This document shows positions 27,312 through 39,876 of a stretch of DNA of 64,000 bases, piece after piece. The notes beneath the pieces were generated by a model. That model had not been told where the DNA came from, did no database searches, and was given only the letters and a program-made list of their open reading frames with translations. Source of the stretch: Dimorphilus gyrociliatus (Eukaryota > Animalia > Annelida); the NCBI GenBank assembly GCA_904063045.1, contig CAJFCJ010000002.1, forward strand, positions 1,634,422 through 1,698,421, written 5' to 3'. The position numbers and the translations under genes are program-made. Each line of letters opens with the position of its first letter. The first letter of the stretch is position 1.

Positions 27312-29711
27312 ATGGCACCTCAATCTCAAGCGGACAAGCTTGGTAACCTGTTAAAGTGGTGTCAAATACAAACCAGAGGATACGAGAAATATGGGGTTAA
27401 CGTAAAGAATTTTACAACGTCGTTTAAAAATGGTATGGCTTTTTGTGCCATGATTCACAACTATGGACCGGATTTAATGTAAGTTGTCTAATATAACCAA
27501 TTAGTTTTAAAATACTAAGACAATATAAAATTAAATTCTAATAGGAGAGAGTGTATTTGGTCACGAACTCTTTTCTTTTTATAGAATTGTTGATAATACT
27601 ACTGTATTTTTAATCTATAATGTTATCTGTATTATTTACTTTTAATGCTATTAAAGATGCTAATTAATATCACGTTTTATTCTTCTTTTTTAACTTATTC
27701 AGCAATATGGAGGAACTTAATCCAGATGATGTTTTCTACAATAATCATCTTGCATTTACAGTTGGCTTTACTCATTTCAATATACCGCAGTATTTAGAAG
27801 CCGAAGATATGGTTGCTATGAGAGTTCCGGACAGATTATGTATTATTACCTATATATCGGGCATGTATAAAGAATTAGCTAAGAGAGAGAAACAAACTGC
27901 TAAAACACCTATAAAAAAGACTCCTAGTGATGAAGTAAAATCAAATATATCCAATAAACCTGTGCGTCCTACTGCAAGTACCGAAAGCAATTGTTCTCGT
28001 TGTAGGCATTGTTCGAAATCTGTAGAGTTTCTTATCGAAAGAGCTTTCAGCAACGGCGTTTTGTATCATAGGAGGTGTTTATCGCAAAAAAATCGAGAAA
28101 ATTTGACATTCGTTGGAACGAAAACCAGCTCTGATCCAGTTAGCGCAACAAAGCCGATAGTGAGTACTTCTATCGTAACCTCCTCTACCTCAAACGTTAC
28201 AAGTCATAGGAAACCCGATGTTATAATAGACCAAAATTCTAAGAAATTCGATTCCAAAGCTGATCATAATTCCAGAAAACCAGATATTTTAAAAGAACAA
28301 GATTTTAGGAAACCGTCTGCGAACATTGCCGATAGTAAGAGTAAAGTTTTAACCAGCACGATTCACCATCGCATAAACAATACTAGTCAGTCAAAACCAA
28401 ATGACAATTTACAACATGGGCTTAAACATGACTCAAAACCAACACCATCAGCTAGTGAAGAAGGAAAATTTCAACCAATATCCCCCAATAATCGCACAGG
28501 AAGTGTGGTATCACCGGAAGGGTTAAAAATTTTTAAACCACTCAATCGTGTTGAAAATCGTGAACAACAACCCACCATAATTCAAAAGTTTCCAACAACG
28601 GTTGGTAATACTACAGGTCCTACGATTATCGGACAGCCGCCCAAAACTAATTTTGGATCTAACAATGGCGTTTGGAAACCAGTTAGACCAAAAGAAAAAA
28701 TTATGAAAGATCCACCAATAAATAGTGTAAGCACAGAAAATAGCTTATCACCGAATGGAAAAGAAAAAACTGTGGATAAACCTCCAGATAGAAAACCCAC
28801 TATAATCGGACATTGTGTTATGAAACCAGTTATTCCTAGAAATAACGTATGTCAAGAATGCGGTAAAATAATATCGAGACCGTTCGAAGAGATAAAAGAA
28901 AATGAGAAATTTTATCATCAGCGATGTTTGAATAAGAAGAGAAAAAATCTCGCCTCGCAGCCAGAGCAAGTTATTGAAGTGGAAAAAGTCCCTAAAAGTC
29001 CTATAAACAACAATAAACAGGAGATTTTACCTCCAAAACCGTTAAGACCACCTAATCCACCAAACTTAAAATTGCACAACAGGCCTATGGAAAGCTACGA
29101 AAATAACCCAGTTAAACCTCCAAGAGGAATACCCGACGTAGTTGATAGTAATCAAAAGAAAACTATCAATACGGAGAAATTAAACGAAAGCGATAAAAAA
29201 TTATTAGAAATTAAGAATCAATTGGATAAACTTGAAGTTAAAGGACGTAGAATTGAAGAATTATATAGAATAGAGGAAACTAAACCATCGGGAAATCCTG
29301 ATGGAATACTTCCAGAATTCCTTTCGGTTATTACCGAAAAGAATGAGCTAGTTAGATTAGAGGAAGATATAATCTATAAGAGAAGAAATGAAGAGTTAGA
29401 AAAGGAACAAAAAGCTTTATTAGAAAAATATTATAAATTAAAAGAGAAATTAGGAGAAGGTAATTATTCAAAATCATTAAAAGAATTAGAAGAGAGAATA
29501 GTTAAAATAGTTGAAGAAAGGAATAGAGTAGTTCAAAATGTAGAAGAAGCAAGGAAGAGAATTTTAGAAGAAGACGAATACGTTCAAACTATGCTCGATT
29601 TAAAATTTAAGGTAAACTGTTGAAATACTAATAATTAATAGAATTATTATAAATTAATAATATACTTTCCATAAACAGGGTGTTGGTGGCCAGGAAAGAT
29701 ATATCTCCTAA
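27312..29711 (+). CDS. MICALL: MICAL-like protein (CH domain, LIM-derived Zn knuckles, Pro-rich region, C-terminal bMERB coiled coil); 3 coding exons
   Basis: Exon 1: LLKWCQIQTRGY..VKNFTTSFKNGMAFCAMIH. Exon 2 continues NNHLAF..IPQYLEAEDMVAMRVPDRLCIITYI (type-2 CH domain). C-terminal helical Rab-binding region LDKLEVKGRRIEE..EKNELVRLE. No monooxygenase domain. Confidence 0.82.
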
Positions 29712-29855
29712 TTTTTAGATTATACTCTTTTTTTTTACTATTAATAATTCAAAGAAAACAAATTTTATATTCAGTATATATATATATATATTTCTTATTA
29801 AGGAAAGACTGCCAGAATATGAAACACAAATAAAGAGTTTTACACAAAGAAAGAG

Positions 29856-29860
<5 letters not shown>

Positions 29861-29888
<28 letters not shown>
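29861..29888. repeat. (GA)n microsatellite
   Basis: Perfect GA run downstream of the MICAL-like stop codon. Confidence 0.95.
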
Positions 29889-29893
<5 letters not shown>

Positions 29894-30682
29894 AACGAAT
29901 GATGAATTTGAGAATAAAATCTCCTTATTCTTTATCTATCTATCTATCTCTCTCTTTCTGTGTGCCTCATAAACAGAAATATAACTATGCAAATTTCAAT
30001 GAACCTTAGATATTTTGTCTAATTTTGGACATTTTAAAGTTATAATAATAAAGTCTATATTCCATATTCTATATTTCTTGTCATGTTTATTTACACGTAT
30101 ATAAGTTAATTAGTTATTAATTGACTAATTATTATAATCAATTACGATATTGCTATTAAATACTGAATTAAATTATATCTTGATGAAATGGATAATAGAT
30201 AAGAACTTTACAATTATTATTCATATTAAAAACCAACGAAAAGTATTTTAGAATGTAATAAAGCCATAAAGAGTATGAATCTATTTTTTTACAAGCAGTA
30301 TTTTTTGCGGTTATAAAAACCTGAAAAGATATAAAAAGATTTTTTTATAGTCTTGTTAAAACTTTTTATTGTTATTCAAGTCCTGTTCTCAATACGTAAA
30401 ATCTTATGGTTTTTATTCACTTTTTCGACAAATTTTTCAGTATTGTCTCATTTAAATGTTCCTAATAGAAGTTCTTAGAATTTAGAATCAACTTTTACAC
30501 TTGAAATATTTAATTTTAAAAGTGATAAAAGAGAAAAACAATCAGTATGGTTATTATCAAAGTCGTTTATAGCTAGCTGTGTTTTTCTGTGGAATTCTAT
30601 ACCATATCAATATCTAAACGGGTGATTCTTTTAAAATGTTGACGTGATAACTTCACATGTTTGATCATATTTTACGCTCATA

Positions 30683-31886
30683 ATGAATCTTTTCGGTAGT
30701 GTCCTGTTACACATTTCTCTTTATTCTCTCGTTTTTAACTTAGATTTAATCGATGAAACATCTGATGGTGGCTGGTAAGAGTTAAGAAATAGCTTTTCTT
30801 ATTTCTTGAGTGATAATGGGGGGTTTTTAGGTCTGATCATTCATATTCCCGATCGCTTTATGTGGAAGAAGGGCCGTGTACAATAGTCAAGAAAAAATAT
30901 AACGATTTATCACAGGATGAATTCATAAAATCGTAAGAAACTTGAAACAATTATCCAATATTTCATTTTTTACTTTGCGGCATAGATACGCATCTGGTAT
31001 AGGACAACCGATCATAATACAAGCTGGAAGTTTTAACAAGGTTTTAATTATTATAAATTAAAATAACAAAAGAAAAAACTTGAAAAGATTAAAGAAAAAA
31101 GTTAATTCAATTATTTTAAACTTTTTTCAGAAATTTCAAGAGATGTGTAAAAAATGTAATCTCATTGAAAAATATGGCGATAAAATAATAGTATTAAGTA
31201 CAGCCAACTCGTATTCGTATAATAAAGGTACAAAGTAAATATATGTGAATAAACAACTAAAGATTAATAAGGACTTTTCGTTGGAAATTAGCTAAAATAA
31301 AATTTTCCGAATACGCTGAAAAGTACGTAAAACAGCAAGATTCGACTATAGAAGGATCAAGTAACGTTTCATCAAATCAAAATTATAATAGTTTTTATAC
31401 TTTGAGTACTTTGATTCTTAGGTACATATTATTGGTTTGGAGATAATAATCATACAGAATGGGCTGAACTCTTTGATATGTATAATCAGCCGCCATATAA
31501 AATTCCAAAGTTAACGGGAGCTTTAAGCTTTGGTGTTGCCGGCGCTTTGACTGGAGTGCCTTTTCACATTCATGGACCAACCTTCGCCGAAACTATTTAC
31601 GGTCGTAAAGTTAGCTGTCCAACTATTATATAACTCTTGCATACAATTACATTAATTTTTCCTTTGATAGCGTTGGTTCCTTTACCCTCCGTCGGCGTCA
31701 CCGCAATTCAACCCTGATTCTACAACTTTACTATGGATACTAGAATCCTATCCAAAATTGGAGGAGGCGGAAAAACCATTAGAATGTACACTAAAACCCG
31801 GAGAAATCTTATTTATTCCTGATAGGTGGTGGCATGCTACATTAAACTTGGATAATGCAGTTTTCATATCTACATTTATGGGATAA
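30683..31886 (+). CDS. JMJD8: JmjC domain-containing protein 8 with N-terminal signal peptide (7 exons)
   Basis: Spliced: signal-like MNLFGSVLLHISLYSLVF, DGGW, LSTANSYSY, YWFGDNNHTEW, SFGVAG..TGVPFHIHGP..IYGRKRWFLYPP, LECTLKPGEILFIPDRWWHATLNLD..VFISTFMG*. Confidence 0.93.
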
Positions 31887-32580
31887 AGAGATTCGTTGAA
31901 AACAAAAGATCTATGCCATCTGTATTCATTTATGAAGAGAATTTTTAGTTGAAAATTTATAATTTATTCTTAATGAAGTCATTATTTATTTATTTAATTA
32001 ATTAAATAAAACAACTATTACAACAATAGCCAATATTGGAAAAGTAGAAGACTACGAACTAATTATTAACCTTTTTACAAATGTATCTTAAGAATATGAT
32101 AGAGGTTTTATATGGAAAATTTTATAAACAAATTGCTGTAAACATAAACAACTTTTCATTCTGACAGTCAAAATCCTAAAAAGAACAATTATAGATTATA
32201 TTTCCTGCAATATGCTCTTCTATATATCGAAATAGAGAATCTTATATTAAGATTTAGTTAATATATATTACTATATTCTAATTTATGTATGTATATAGTA
32301 TATGCTTTTATAGTTATTCTATATACAGTATATACATGTATACATATAGATATATTTTCTGAACTTTTTATGTTTTAATTAGAGACAAAACAACTTTTTT
32401 TTATTAATAAAAGTCTGTTTATGCTTAAAAAGCTAGTTTGACAAATCAGAAACTGATTAGTATTAAGTTTTAATCACGTGATTAAAAGTTTATAGTTTTA
32501 TAGATCTACAATTTCGAACGTTATATTCTCCTCATTTAGGAGATTAGGATAGTAAAGATATAAAGTTGTTTAAAGCAAAA

Positions 32581-35500
32581 ATGTCGAAACATTTCTTTGA
32601 TTGGACTGATTATTTAACAATGTTTACCTTGCTTGCTGCAAGTATTGGAATAGGAATATTCCTAGCTTGTACAGGAGGAAAACAGAAGACTACTAGTGAA
32701 TTTTTACTAGGAGATAGGAAAATGAATCTTATTCCCGTTGCATTATCCTGCATGGTCTCCTATTTATCTGGTATATCTATACTTGGTTACGCTGCCGAAG
32801 TAGCCTACTTTGGAACTCAATTAATGGTTGGAATTTTTGGGCAAATAGTAGGAGGTGTCTTCTGCGCTTTTACCATTGTTCCATTCCTGCATAAGCTTGG
32901 TTATCTAAGTATAAATCAGGTTAAGGATAACTATATCACTTACTTTTGAAATTAATCCAACTTATACTTAAAATCTAGTACTTAGAGGAGAGATATCGGT
33001 CAAAAGTCGTAAAATACATAGGAACTGGAACTCAGATAATTAATGCAGTACGTATTAATATCAGTATTGATATCGATATTAATCCTATTTTAATAACTTT
33101 GTAGCTAGTTCTAAGTGGAATAAGCCTTTTTCCGCCAAGTGTTGCTATACATAGAGGTAAAACATACTATATAACATTCATTCATTTAACACCGTCTATA
33201 AGGCAAATATCTCGAGTAGAATTATTGTATCCTTTTCAGTCACTGGAATAAGTGTATGGTCCTGTGTCGTTATTCTGGGAATTACATGTACATTTTACAC
33301 AACATTAGTAAGAAATTAATCAATAGTTATGCAATAATTACTTAAAGAATAAAGATATCTTCTTTTAAAAAGGGAGGTATCAAAGCTGTAATTTGGACTG
33401 ATGTCATTCAAACAGGATCAATTGTTATCGGTCTCTTAGTGATAAACATCAGGGTGAGTACATATAAATATATACTGTGTATACAGTCACGATAATAAGT
33501 AATTGTTACAACAATGGAGAATGGAATTGTAGATTAAAAAAAGTGCAGATTTAATTCAAACTGAACAGCACAAGAACTGTTACAAAACTGCACAGTGACT
33601 ATTTAGATATCACTATCTTATGTAAGAAAAAGTTTATGCAAATATAAGTTTAATAGGATGAATTGGAAGAGTAGTCCTACTAAGAAAACCAGCTCTAAAT
33701 GGGGGATGTGGACAGACAAACCATCCTTGATTTCTGATAAAATCAGTTGTGTACAGACTGGTATGAGGTCTTGCATTGTCATGCTGTAACATAATCTGTT
33801 TTCCAGGCCTTATCCCATGCAGTCTCCTTCTTAATCTCTTTAGGGTCTCCACAAATGCTATTGAGTTGACTGTTTCACCATAATCCATAAATTCAAGATG
33901 AATTAATCCTGAACAGTCCCAGAAAACTGTACACATCAGTTTTTCAGCTGATTTAGTCATTTTTAGCTTTTTTTCAGGTGGGGATGATGTGTGTTTGTAG
34001 GTTAGGGAAGCCCTCTTTGATTCAGGATCATAGAGATGAACCCAAGATTCATCTCCGGATACTATTTTTTCCAAAAATGCTTCTTTTTTTGCCCTGTGTC
34101 TATCAAGTAGTTCCACGCAATGATTAACCCCTAACCTCTTTTTGATCCTGATAAAGATTATAGGGGATCCATTTAGCACAAATTTTTCTGTATCCCAGCT
34201 CCTTAATCATCTTCCCCACAGTCTCTTGACCAATATCTAAATTTTTGGCAATTGCTCTCTGAGATGTGGTTCGATCTTCCCTGATAAGCCTGTCAACTGC
34301 TTCCTTATTTTGATCTGTTAGAGCTGTCTTTGGACGACCAGATCAAGATTTTTTCTTCCTTTTTCTATTCTGATAACCCGCCTTCTTACTGAAGCTTCTC
34401 TCAGAGTTTCATCCCCAGAATAGCTTTTTAACCTAGTGTGAATATTCTTTGAAGAGGCCTCCTCATGAATTAAGAATGCAATAATTTTTCGCTGATCGGA
34501 ACAGGTAGACATGACTTGTTGTTTGCACCAAAATAATTTCGTAATGGCTTGACAGAACCGAATGAAAGTTTTCACAATGAAAGTTTACAGATTAAGTAAT
34601 ATATTTTGAAAGTACCAATAGTATTAGTTAGGCTGTTTTAAAATTAGAGCAAAACGTGTCATACTTTCAGATCGTACCTAATATATAATAATATATCTGA
34701 AAGAAATTCTCTCATTTCATTTATCTTCCCTTTAAAGGCTTTTCTTGCAGTTGAAAGTTATGATTTAATTATTGAAAGAGTGAAAGCATCCGGAAAAATA
34801 AAATTTTTCGATATCAATCTATCACTGTTAGAAAGATTTACACTACCAGCAACTCTTGTGGCATACTTTACAGTTTCCTTCTTCTTTAACGGATGCTCAC
34901 AAACCGTTGCGCAAAGAATAGCCAGCGTTCCAACTCCTAAAGATGCTAAGAGGTATAATTTTTCATTTTCATTCTTTATTTTCAATAGAAAAAAACGTAA
35001 AAATATAAAATGTAAATAGTTAAAATAAAAATTACGTTAGTTTATTTTAGAAACTATGCAAATTCTATTATTATAAAGAAACGTAAGGAATGTGGGAGTA
35101 TAATTTATACAGTACACAATATATATATCTATGTTTTTTATAATTATAAATACGGAGTAAATTCCGTCCAGAATCTAAGTCTAAACCTTATTTTTACAAG
35201 TGTTTATTTAGCTAAGCTATTCCTTTTGACATTTATACATACCTTCCATTAAAGAATGATCCTATTGTCGGCCATTTCATCAACATTGTGCGTGATACTT
35301 TGCTGCACGGGAGGACTTGCTGCATATTTCTATTACGAATCAATTGGGTGTGATCCTTTACCATCCGGTAAAATTAAGAGTACAGATGAAGTTAATATAA
35401 ACAGTATATATATATACATATATTAATAGATGTATCTATATTTGATATATGAATATATATATATATATATATATATTTATACTATATACGTATACATACT

Positions 35501-36489
35501 TGTTTTATGCTGTTTTTCAATTATAGATACTTATATATTTGGTTGGAGATATATTTGATCAACCATGTATCCTTGGCGTTATTATAACAGTCCTTATTTC
35601 TGGAACTTTAAGGTTTTATCCAACAAAAAATCATCATTAAACAATTTTATATAACCCTTTGCAAACTTTAGCAATAATTCATCGGCAATGAGTAGTATTT
35701 CGGCTATTGTTTGGAATGATATTCTTATGAAATTCTTTTCTAGAGTAACTGAAAAGACTAAAGCTTTGATTAACAAGTTAATAGTTGTCATTTGTGGTGT
35801 TTTGGCAATATTGATGGGTATAACATTTTCATACTTGAAAGGAACTTTACTTAAGAATACTATTACATTTATGAGTATTACTTGGTTGCCTATATGCTCA
35901 TTTCCATTGGCAGGAGCCTTTTTCCCTTTTATATCATCTAGAGTTTGTATTTGGTCACCATTTGAGATAATAGATAATAAATTCTTTTTTTTTTATTATA
36001 GTCTATATTATTGGCAAATTTCCTTAGTTGCGCATTCATTTCTTGGATTTCATTGGGTTCTTTTTTCAACGCAACTCAATCTAAGCCGATAACTTTTAGT
36101 ACGACAAATTGTACTAATTATACAGAGCCTACAATATCATCATTCCTTAATGAAACCACATTCGACGACAGGTTTTTGTCTATAAATTCAATTTAATTTC
36201 TATTTTATTATCAAAAGATAAATAGGTCGATAGTTCAGAAATACTTTTACGGAATATCCTATATTTGGTACCCGGCACTAGGTCTTAGTACAACTATAAT
36301 TTTAGCCCTCCTCTTCTCGATAATCCCTTGTACGTTAATCTTTACTATATTAATTTAATTAAAATGCTTAACCGAGTATGTTTGATATTGATAAAAGTGA
36401 TGAGAGATAGGAAAGTTGAAAAGAAATACGTAATATCCTGGGTAAGAAGATTCATTAAAGACTATGATGAAGAAGTCCCACTAAAATAG
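32581..36489 (+). CDS. Sodium:solute symporter, SLC5A5/6/8/12 (NIS/SMVT/SMCT)-like clade, multi-exon
   Basis: DWTDY..GGKQKTTSEFLLGDRKMNLIPVALS..SYLSGISILG..AEV, YLEERY, GGIKAVIWTDVIQ, SQTVAQR, CDPL..GKIKSTDE and ISYIWYPALG. The reading frame is recoverable across all introns, including the one containing the transposon. Confidence 0.88.
33482..34680 (-). mobile_element. Decayed mariner (DD34D) DNA transposon inside SLC5 intron 33454-34737
   Basis: Transposase remnant from ATG at 34512: HTH region (QRKIIAFL..IHTRLK..SVRR; SGRP..VDRLIRED..LGYRKICAKWIP), GDESWVHLYDPE, KLMCTVFWD and LQHDNARPH. Frameshifts occur near 34345, 34140 and 33690, and the YSPDLAPSD motif is destroyed. Ends are approximate and TIRs are only weakly similar. 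Confidence 0.9.
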
Positions 36490-37165
36490 TGATGAAAAGA
36501 GAAAAGATACTACTCATCCTATAATAGAAATCATATAGATAAAAAGAAATTTGATAGAAAAAGCAATTCGAAAGAAGAATAATAATTCTCACATAAGAAA
36601 GCAATTTTGTGTGGATAAAGATATAACCTTGAAATTCTTTTACAAACAAATCCGATATTGTTTGTTACTTTCGAAATTGATGGAAATTTCGTAATATTAA
36701 GAATTTTTTTGTATAAATGTTTACTTCCGGCTATATAGGAGTGGTTTTTATGATTTATATAAATTTTCAGTGTTTGATTTCTGTTATATATTGACTTTAT
36801 CTTTTTGTTTTTTCTCAAAGAAACATATATACTTATAAATATAACATTACCAAATCCTAATATAAGGATGAAAAACAATAAAGATCTACATAAGGTAAAG
36901 AGATATAAGTATGATTGATGTTAGGAAAAGAAGAAGGAGAAAGAGTAACATTTAAAAGAGATAAACTCTTTTCTTTCAGTGAATATTTTGTTAAATAAAT
37001 ACCTAAGAGGGAGAGAGATAGTATAAAATTACAAATGTATTTTTACAATGGTTGCCAGATGTTTATGAAATTCTACAAGTATATATAGAACGGTTAATTC
37101 AACAACGCAATAGTTCCAAGGTTTGTCCAATACGAGGAAGTTGTGGGAATAAAAACTATCCAATT

Positions 37166-37498
37166 ATGAAATATTTTCTGGTGTTTATTGGGGTTGTATT
37201 CTTCATTTCTGCAGTTGTTGATTCTACTGGGAGGAAGAGGAGATTTTCACCACTCTCATCTTGTCTTTTTAAGGGAATTATTTTCAGGAGAGGCGACAGA
37301 ATCCGTTTTGGAGATGATCTTATTGAATGTAAATTCAATGGCTTTTATTCTTATTTTGTAAAAGTTACAGAAGAAGAAAGTTCTGGTGAAGTTGACAGAC
37401 CAAACTGTCCTGTTCCAAGTTGTATGTATCCCTATCAAGCCATATATATGGCTAACGGATGCGAAGAATGCAGAGTCGTACTTGAATATTATAAATAG
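37166..37498 (+). CDS. Small secreted cysteine-rich protein (110 aa), intronless
   Basis: From ATG at 37166: signal peptide MKYFLVFIGVVFFISAVVDS, then RKRR and six Cys. Includes a VWC-like start (CLFKGIIFRRGDRI) and an antistasin-like end (CPVPSCMYPY..NGCEEC). Confidence 0.7.
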   Translation: MKYFLVFIGVVFFISAVVDSTGRKRRFSPLSSCLFKGIIFRRGDRIRFGDDLIECKFNGFYSYFVKVTEEESSGEVDRPNCPVPSCMYPYQAIYMANGCEECRVVLEYYK

Positions 37499-38165
37499 AA
37501 CGCTGATGGAATATCTTTTATTAAGCGATGAATAACAGAAGTAAGAAAAGATGCTTGAATAATGACTTTTGAACTTTTTTTATATTGAGAATTCATGATC
37601 TGAATAAATAAATAGTTTGCTATAAGAAATTGAGAGAAAGACAAAGTAATTAGTTTCTAAGATATGCAAATTGAATGACGTTAGCAGACGTAAAAATAGT
37701 AAAACATTCGGGTGTGTTCTCTCCTAAAACACACTCGCTTTTAAATGTTTAACACATGGAAGATATAAAAACACGCCTGAGAACGAAAACATTACATCAT
37801 TCTCCTCTTTAAAGATAATTAACTTAATTAAATGATATATACAAGTACTTATTAATTAATAATTAATTATCCAATCTCTAAAATTCGTGAAATCCCCTCC
37901 TATTCTTTAGCTTTGCGCTTTCTCTTTTTTAACTATATTAGTGTGACTGTTGATTAATTATAACATCTTATATTCTGTTGCTAATACATATATGAATTAT
38001 TGAACCATCTTTTATCTATTTATTTAATTGAATACTAATTAATTAGCTTGATTAATGCATAAAGAGAGGATAATCAAATCTTTAGACGCAATATTTCTCT
38101 CTAAATAACGTAAATTGAATTTTAAAATTGCGTTTACTGTTAGTAATCTTGAAAGATTACTTTGA

Positions 38166-38222
38166 CCAATTAATACCCTGCCACGTGATACAAGAAACTA
38201 GCCAATAGGCGAATAGAGAAGA

Positions 38223-38257
<35 letters not shown>

Positions 38258-38324
38258 GAGGGGATAAAGAGTACAAGAGCGAACAAATGAGTGAAGGAGA
38301 GACGGAGCGAGAAGCGTATATAAA
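38166..38324 (+). promoter_or_regulatory. Canonical Pol II promoter of the NHLH gene
   Basis: CCAAT at 38166 and 38202, CACGTG E-box at 38182-38187, a (GA)n tract at 38227-38254 and TATATAAA at 38317-38324, about 170 bp upstream of the ATG. Confidence 0.6.
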
Positions 38325-38491
38325 GTCTGTCGTAAGCGCGTATATGAGCACTTACAACTTGTGGGAGGCTTAGAGTCACAAAGTGAGAGAAAGATTATCG
38401 TAAAAGCGGGGAGTGTATCTATGCACTTAAGAACTGTGGATATTTGGAAAAGAAAATTGTTTATTACGGAGAAGCTACATAAAAAACAAAA

Positions 38492-38856
38492 ATGCCTAAA
38501 TTTGAGGTAATAAAGAAATAGTTTGCTATAAACATACCAATTATAATTCTATTATGTCTTTTCCTTAACAAATGCATTAGCACATAGAAGATACAACGAC
38601 AGGAAAGAGGCGAGGAGTAAATGCTAAAGGAGAGAAAAGAAAGAGGAGAAGAGCAACTGAAAAATATAAAACAGCTCATGCTTCCAGGGAAAGAATGCGT
38701 GTTGAAGCTTTCAATAGAGCTTTCAACAAATTAAGAAGATTATTACCTACCTTACCACCGGATAAAAAACTCTCAAAGATCGAAATTTTAAGATTAGCTA
38801 TATGCTATATAAATTATTTAAACCATGTACTAGAATTGAAGATTATTGTTTATTAA
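38492..38856 (+). CDS. NHLH: Neural bHLH transcription factor NHLH1/2 (HEN/NSCL); 2 exons, intron 38507-38580
   Basis: Absent from the ORF track in the correct frame. [63 protein letters not shown] is near-identical to the NHLH bHLH domain. Confidence 0.95.
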
Positions 38857-39817
38857 GAGTGTATGCGTAACTACTAAAAGGGAAGAGAGAGTGAGATAAA
38901 GAAAGAGAGATGAAAATATGCGAAATATATTATTATATACTGTGTATACTTTACAAATCTAATAAGTAAATAAACCTTTTAAGCAATATGCTTATAATTA
39001 TATTAAAAGCTATTTTCTGTACATACAATTTACTTTATTAGACTTATACGTTTTAATTTCGATTAAGACTTAATATATAATTGATACGGTTCTTCCTTTT
39101 CTCTTTCTTCAATTGCAATGATCTCTATGTTACATAGAGGCGTTTACTTACCTAGATTTTTATTAGAAATATATCTCTTAACATTATTCCCTTAGGACAA
39201 ACTTATTTGACAGAACTCAGAAAATAAATTACGTAATTTGTTACGTATGAGAATAATTTTGAATAGGGAATGAACGAGTTAAACATAAAACCTGTCAATT
39301 GATGACACCAACTTTATCGTCACCTTTTTCTGAGCGTGCTTAATTCCCTTTGGGCTACAGATTATAGAATTATTAAGGCGTTTCTAACGCATACTCATCT
39401 AGTCGTTTCATTTAAAACGTTCCACATCGTCTACTTTTAAATTGTTTAATGGGAAAAGAAGAAAAGACAACAGGAAACTAGTAGGAGAAAGAATTTGGAT
39501 TTGTTCCAAGTTTTTTTACTCTCTTAATCTCACCTTTTAACGCAACCCTTGTATATCCGGTAACATATTGCCTTTAAAGTAAGCTGTTAATGTCCCATTG
39601 TCTATCTTTAGTGGCAAAAGAATAATGTACAAACAAATAAAATAGAAGGTCAATGGATAAAGAAGGAAATGAACTTTCTGAATAAAGACTATCTGTTAAA
39701 GGGCTTTCCTCATTTTACGCTAAATATTGCTTATAAATAAATATATGCACGCTTTCTATGTGAATTTTCTCCTCATTAGTCATTCTAGATTAGCTGTTTT
39801 TCTCTTTCATAATTAGA

Positions 39818-39862
<45 letters not shown>

Positions 39863-39876
39863 GAGACAGAGAGAGA
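39818..39876. repeat. Compound (GA)n-(GACA)n microsatellite
   Basis: GA run followed by GACA tetranucleotide repeats in the NHLH downstream region. Confidence 0.95.

Noticed and set aside
33634-34575. Mariner as an active or domesticated (SETMAR-like) gene fused to SLC5
   Set aside because: It is antisense to the host, has three frameshifts and has lost the third catalytic Asp motif; the host exons splice around it in frame.
36455-36878. Minus-strand ORFs downstream of SLC5
   Set aside because: AT-rich 3' UTR/intergenic sequence with no motif or splice support.
38157-38379. Two minus-strand ORFs with SLSLSL runs
   Set aside because: They are translations of the (GA)n tract in the NHLH promoter.
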